The notes under the pieces: model-generated
The model's database searches: none
Told to the model about the DNA's origin: nothing
Seen by the model: the letters and a program-made list of their open reading frames with translations, nothing else
Shown: positions 60,379 to 64,000 of the stretch, piece after piece
Layout of the letters: the number at the start of each line of letters is the position of its first letter
How positions within the stretch are numbered: position 1 is the first letter of the stretch
Translations under genes and position numbers: made by a program
IMG/VR virus record: IMGVR_UViG_3300027749_000070
Coordinates: 1 to 64,000 of that record
Origin: a virus
Reading direction: 5' to 3' (one strand)
DNA: 64,000 bases

Positions 60379-61317
60379 ATGGGAAGTTCATCCTACAGCC
60401 ACGATGCTTATTCGTATTTTTCTAGCACAGCTAGAACAAAGTCAGTTGACGATGTGTTTACACAAAATAAAACCAGAACAATCGCCACAACAATGGATCC
60501 AAAAGGCATCACGTTTCGTGAAGCAAGAGATTCAGCCACACACCCAGAATCATTAGCAATTATGATTTGGTTAGATGTAACAGGTTCAATGGGCAAAATA
60601 CCTGAAATAATCGTGAAAGAAAAATTAGATAAAATTATGTCTACCTTAATCAATCACGGTGTTAATGACGCTGCTGTATTCTTTGGTGCAATTGGTGATC
60701 ACAACACAGGTCTACGTTCCGACAAATACCCACTACAAGTTGGACAATTTGAAAGCGGAACAGATGAATTAGTTACTTGTCTTTCTTCAGTTTATATCGA
60801 AGGCGGTGGTGGCGGAAATAGCTGTGAGTCTTATTGCCTTGGGCACTATTTTGCCGGTAAACATACTTCTATCGACTGCTATGAAAAAAGAGGTAAAAAA
60901 GGTTTCTTATTCACCATTGGTGATGAAATGAATCATAAAGTATTTACAGCGGAAGAACAAATTAGAATATTTGGCTATGAAGCTGGACAAACTATGACTG
61001 ATAAAGAAATGCTTGCTATGGCTCAACGTATGTATAATGTATTCCATATACATTGTAATGAAACCTCTTATAAAGATAGTCCAGAAGTTTTAAACTATTG
61101 GAAAGATTTATTGGGGGAAAGATTAATCATAATGGATGACTATAATACCGTTGCCGAAATAATTGCATCTACAATTGCAGTTATGAATGGAGTAAGTATT
61201 GATACAGTAACATCTTCTTTTGATTCCTCAGTTGCTAGTTCTGTTAGAACAGCGTTGGCAAAAGTTGATATGAGTGTAACAACTTATTCATCTGAAACAG
61301 GTGTTGTAGCACTTTAA
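60379..61317 (+). CDS. vWA-domain protein
   Basis: MIDAS motif DVTGSM; GGGGN..ESY; FTIGDE. Confidence 0.85.
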   Translation: MGSSSYSHDAYSYFSSTARTKSVDDVFTQNKTRTIATTMDPKGITFREARDSATHPESLAIMIWLDVTGSMGKIPEIIVKEKLDKIMSTLINHGVNDAAVFFGAIGDHNTGLRSDKYPLQVGQFESGTDELVTCLSSVYIEGGGGGNSCESYCLGHYFAGKHTSIDCYEKRGKKGFLFTIGDEMNHKVFTAEEQIRIFGYEAGQTMTDKEMLAMAQRMYNVFHIHCNETSYKDSPEVLNYWKDLLGERLIIMDDYNTVAEIIASTIAVMNGVSIDTVTSSFDSSVASSVRTALAKVDMSVTTYSSETGVVAL

Positions 61318-61350
61318 AAAACAAATCTATTAATACTATAACAGGTATTA

Positions 61351-61545
61351 GTGGAACTAATTATGGGAAGTATATTAACAGCGATATATGATGATTACGA
61401 TGATTATAAAGCATTCTGTGAGTGCATAGGTGAGGAAATTATGCCTATTTATCATATTAAATCATTTTATGAACATAGAGAAGAATTACTTAAATTAAAA
61501 GGATTTAAGACAATAGAAGATTATTTTCTAAATAAAAATCAATAA
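61351..61545 (+). CDS. Hypothetical protein
   Basis: Short ORF within the operon. Confidence 0.45.
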   Translation: MELIMGSILTAIYDDYDDYKAFCECIGEEIMPIYHIKSFYEHREELLKLKGFKTIEDYFLNKNQ

Positions 61546-61547
61546 AA

Positions 61548-62195
61548 ATGGCAAAGAAAAAAGATATATTAAATATAGCAGTGGATTTTGATGGAACGTG
61601 TGTGTCACATGAATATCCAAAAGTAGGCAAAGATATTGGCGCAGTTCCAGTATTAAAAGAACTTGTAAACTTAGGACACAAACTAATTCTTTTTACCATG
61701 AGAGATGGACAAGAATTGCGGGATGCTGTTGAATGGTTTAAACAAAATGATATTAAACTCTATGGGGTTCAATACAATCCTACACAACAACATTGGACTA
61801 AATCTAATAAATGTTATGCCAATCTTTATATAGACGATGCAGCACTTGGTTGCCCATTAATCTATGAAGATGGTGTAGAAAGACCTTATGTTGATTGGAA
61901 AATAGTTAGAGAAATGGTGATTGAAGGCAAAATAGGAAAAACCTTGGAAGATTTACAAATTGAAAACTTCGATAAACATGATTGGAATAGTTTACATGAT
62001 GTTATATTTGATATAACTGATAAAGAATTATCACAGGAACAATTAGAAAAAGCATTTAGATTATTACCCGAAAATATCAAAGAAGATGCTTACCACTGGG
62101 GCTTAAGTGATACACCAGTTAGAGATAACATACATGAGCATTATCAAGAAATAGCTAAAAGTATAGATAACTTTAATAAATTATTAGATAAATAA
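61548..62195 (+). CDS. HAD-family hydrolase (BT0820-like) with C-terminal extension
   Basis: IAVDFDGT, LFTMR, K.YA.LYIDD. Confidence 0.8.
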   Translation: MAKKKDILNIAVDFDGTCVSHEYPKVGKDIGAVPVLKELVNLGHKLILFTMRDGQELRDAVEWFKQNDIKLYGVQYNPTQQHWTKSNKCYANLYIDDAALGCPLIYEDGVERPYVDWKIVREMVIEGKIGKTLEDLQIENFDKHDWNSLHDVIFDITDKELSQEQLEKAFRLLPENIKEDAYHWGLSDTPVRDNIHEHYQEIAKSIDNFNKLLDK

Positions 62196-62216
62196 AACAT
62201 TAATATCAAAAGAAAT

Positions 62217-63467
62217 ATGAAATATTCAATCGTACTAGGCACTCAATTTGGAGATGAAGGTAAAGGATCATTTACTAACTACCTTTGTTCTAAATCGGAA
62301 ACCCCATTAGTTATACGCTTCAATGGTGGTCATCAAGCCGGACACACTGTTTTACATAATGGTAATAGACATACATTTTCTTCATTCGGCTCAGGTACAT
62401 TACAGAATGTTCCTACATACTGGTCAAGATTTTGCACTATATATCCAACAGCAGTATTTAATGAATATAACAAATTAAAAGAAATAGGTATAACACCTAA
62501 TATTTACTTTGACCCATTATGTCCTATAACTACTCCATATGATGTATTGGCAAATATAGTAGCGGACAGAAAGAATAATCATGGCACAGTTGGTGTTGGT
62601 TTCGGAGCTACTTTAAAGCGTCAAGAAGCATATTTTAAGCTTTATTACCAAGATTTATTCAATAAAACCGTATTAAAAGCTAAGATGTCTAACATAAAGC
62701 AGTATTATGGTGAAATACATAGAGATTATATCTATGATATAGAAGATAAATTAGAAGCATGGTATAATTCAATTGACTTCTTAATAAAAGAAGAAATATT
62801 CTCAAAATCAAAAATGGGGTTTCAAAAACTTAATGTTGACGGAACACACGATCATTTAATTTTTGAAGGAGCACAAGGTATTCTACTTGATCAAGATTTT
62901 GGTTTCTTTCCAAATGTCACTCGTTCTAATACTACTTCTAAAAATGTATTTACTTTATTATCGGAATTAGAAATAAGTGAAAATATTTCGGAGTGGTTGC
63001 ATCAAAAAAATGCAAGTATATATTACATAACCAGACCATATCAAACTAGACATGGTATGGGATTTATGTCGAATAGAGAATTATTAGAAGATAGAAAATT
63101 AATTATTCCTGATTTAATTAATACCGAAAATGAGATTAACATAGATGGTGGTGAACAAGGCATATTTCGTAAATCTATACTAGATTTAGATTTAATACAA
63201 TATGCGATAGAATCAGATAATAATTTCTCAAAAGATTATAAAAAAACTATTGTAATTAGTTGTTTAGATCAAATAAAAAATCCAGACGAAATAAAATATA
63301 CAATAAATAGCGAATTAAATACTTCAAATTTATCAACCTTGAAAGATAAAATAACAAAATTAACTGGTATTAATACATTTATAGATGGAGTATCTGAAGG
63401 AAACTTTAAAGAGTATTGGAAAGCAAAAATGAGATTTATACCTAATAATATGTATAGTAATAAGTAG
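62217..63467 (+). CDS. purA: Adenylosuccinate synthetase-like protein (divergent PurA)
   Basis: GTQFGDEGKG, RFNGG.QAGHT, FEGAQG.LLD, P.VT.S, TRHG.G. Confidence 0.8.
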   Translation: MKYSIVLGTQFGDEGKGSFTNYLCSKSETPLVIRFNGGHQAGHTVLHNGNRHTFSSFGSGTLQNVPTYWSRFCTIYPTAVFNEYNKLKEIGITPNIYFDPLCPITTPYDVLANIVADRKNNHGTVGVGFGATLKRQEAYFKLYYQDLFNKTVLKAKMSNIKQYYGEIHRDYIYDIEDKLEAWYNSIDFLIKEEIFSKSKMGFQKLNVDGTHDHLIFEGAQGILLDQDFGFFPNVTRSNTTSKNVFTLLSELEISENISEWLHQKNASIYYITRPYQTRHGMGFMSNRELLEDRKLIIPDLINTENEINIDGGEQGIFRKSILDLDLIQYAIESDNNFSKDYKKTIVISCLDQIKNPDEIKYTINSELNTSNLSTLKDKITKLTGINTFIDGVSEGNFKEYWKAKMRFIPNNMYSNK

Positions 63468-63499
63468 TATTATATATATCATGATGTTGACGATCTTTT
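63463..63499. repeat. Dispersed intergenic repeat, copy 2
   Basis: Matches 12155-12192. Confidence 0.85.
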
Positions 63500-63599
63500 G
63501 CTAAACCCTTTATTAATGACATTACAAAATAAAATCTTTGAAATTATTTTGTAATGTCATTTTTTATTTGTATATTTGTATAGAGTAAAAAAAAAATTT

Positions 63600-63782
63600 A
63601 TGAGTAGAATTAAGGAATTATACAAAATAATAGAAGAAGCAAAGAAGGAAATTGAAGAGATTCGCACTAATTGCCAGCATATTAAGACATTCAAAGGTGA
63701 TTATATGTGGGCACCAGGTCATATAAACACAGGTTATATTTGTGAAGATTGCGGTAAATACTTAGGTAAAGATGAAAATTAA
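63600..63782 (+). CDS. Small Zn-finger-like protein
   Basis: CQH...CEDCG; follows an early promoter. Confidence 0.55.
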   Translation: MSRIKELYKIIEEAKKEIEEIRTNCQHIKTFKGDYMWAPGHINTGYICEDCGKYLGKDEN

Positions 63783-63795
63783 ACATAAAATACCT

Positions 63796-64000
63796 ATGAA
63801 GTTTCAAGACGGTGATGGTGGGCGTAAAATGAAAGCAGAGTTTATTGGAAAAACTTGCATTGATCTTGTATTAGAAGGATATAGAACTGGCACAAGCCGT
63901 GATATGTCCAAAGCTTGGAATAAGTATGATATTAAAGTAGGTGATATAGTTATGTTTTATTCAGGAAATAAAAAAGCTTATGTGGAAATTACAAAAGCTC
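63796..64000 (+). CDS. ASCH/PUA-like protein (partial, runs off the window)
   Basis: IDLVLEGYRTGTSR......IKVGDIVMF. Confidence 0.55.
   Translation, partial: MKFQDGDGGRKMKAEFIGKTCIDLVLEGYRTGTSRDMSKAWNKYDIKVGDIVMFYSGNKKAYVEITKA

Noticed and set aside
3122-62080. Short antisense or nested ORFs in the track (e.g. 3122, 5165, 17386, 18097, 32076, 34373, 51304, 60408)
   Set aside because: They overlap well-supported genes and have no motifs or expression signals
62217-63467. PurZ / Z-genome
   Set aside because: Retains the PurA catalytic Asp (GDEGKG) rather than the PurZ Ser (GSTGKG); no DatZ or MazZ seen
1-64000. CRISPR array, tRNA or rRNA genes
   Set aside because: No regularly spaced repeats or cloverleaf/rRNA-like segments noticed by eye; tRNAscan was not run

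Overview
AT-rich, gene-dense segment of a T4-like (myovirus) jumbo phage that probably infects a Bacteroidota host. The host call rests on TTTG-N19-TAnnTTTG promoters, a Bacteroidota-type LysRS and A-rich, SD-less start regions. It carries tail/baseplate genes (gp26/gp51/gp53/gp5/gp27-like, fibre-like proteins, three peptidoglycan hydrolase domains), replication genes (gp43B-type family B polymerase, sliding clamp, primase, UvsW, UvsY), four KYG-repeat free-standing endonucleases, and host-like enzymes (LysS, ClpP, omega-amidase, PlcP-like phosphoesterase plus glycosyltransferase, PurA-like). Main observations: (1) The polymerase gene is broken three ways. It lacks the N-terminal half. Motif B (QLAL|KLVLNGSYG) is interrupted by a 40-nt stop-plus-GC-hairpin element that looks like a translational bypass (hop) site. 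Motif C carries a naturally split intein whose halves flank a free-standing endonuclease. (2) Several small ORFs are pieces of the T4 gp23 major capsid protein, three of them carrying a shared ~40-aa 'NRExQIDxIL...TxEY' module; these are possible capsid decoys. (3) A 'TAATATATA late promoter + MKYLKxFE leader' cassette resembling T4 capsid-targeting signals precedes many unrelated proteins and once occurs as a perfect 30-bp inverted duplication. All homology calls come from recalled motifs; no searches were run.
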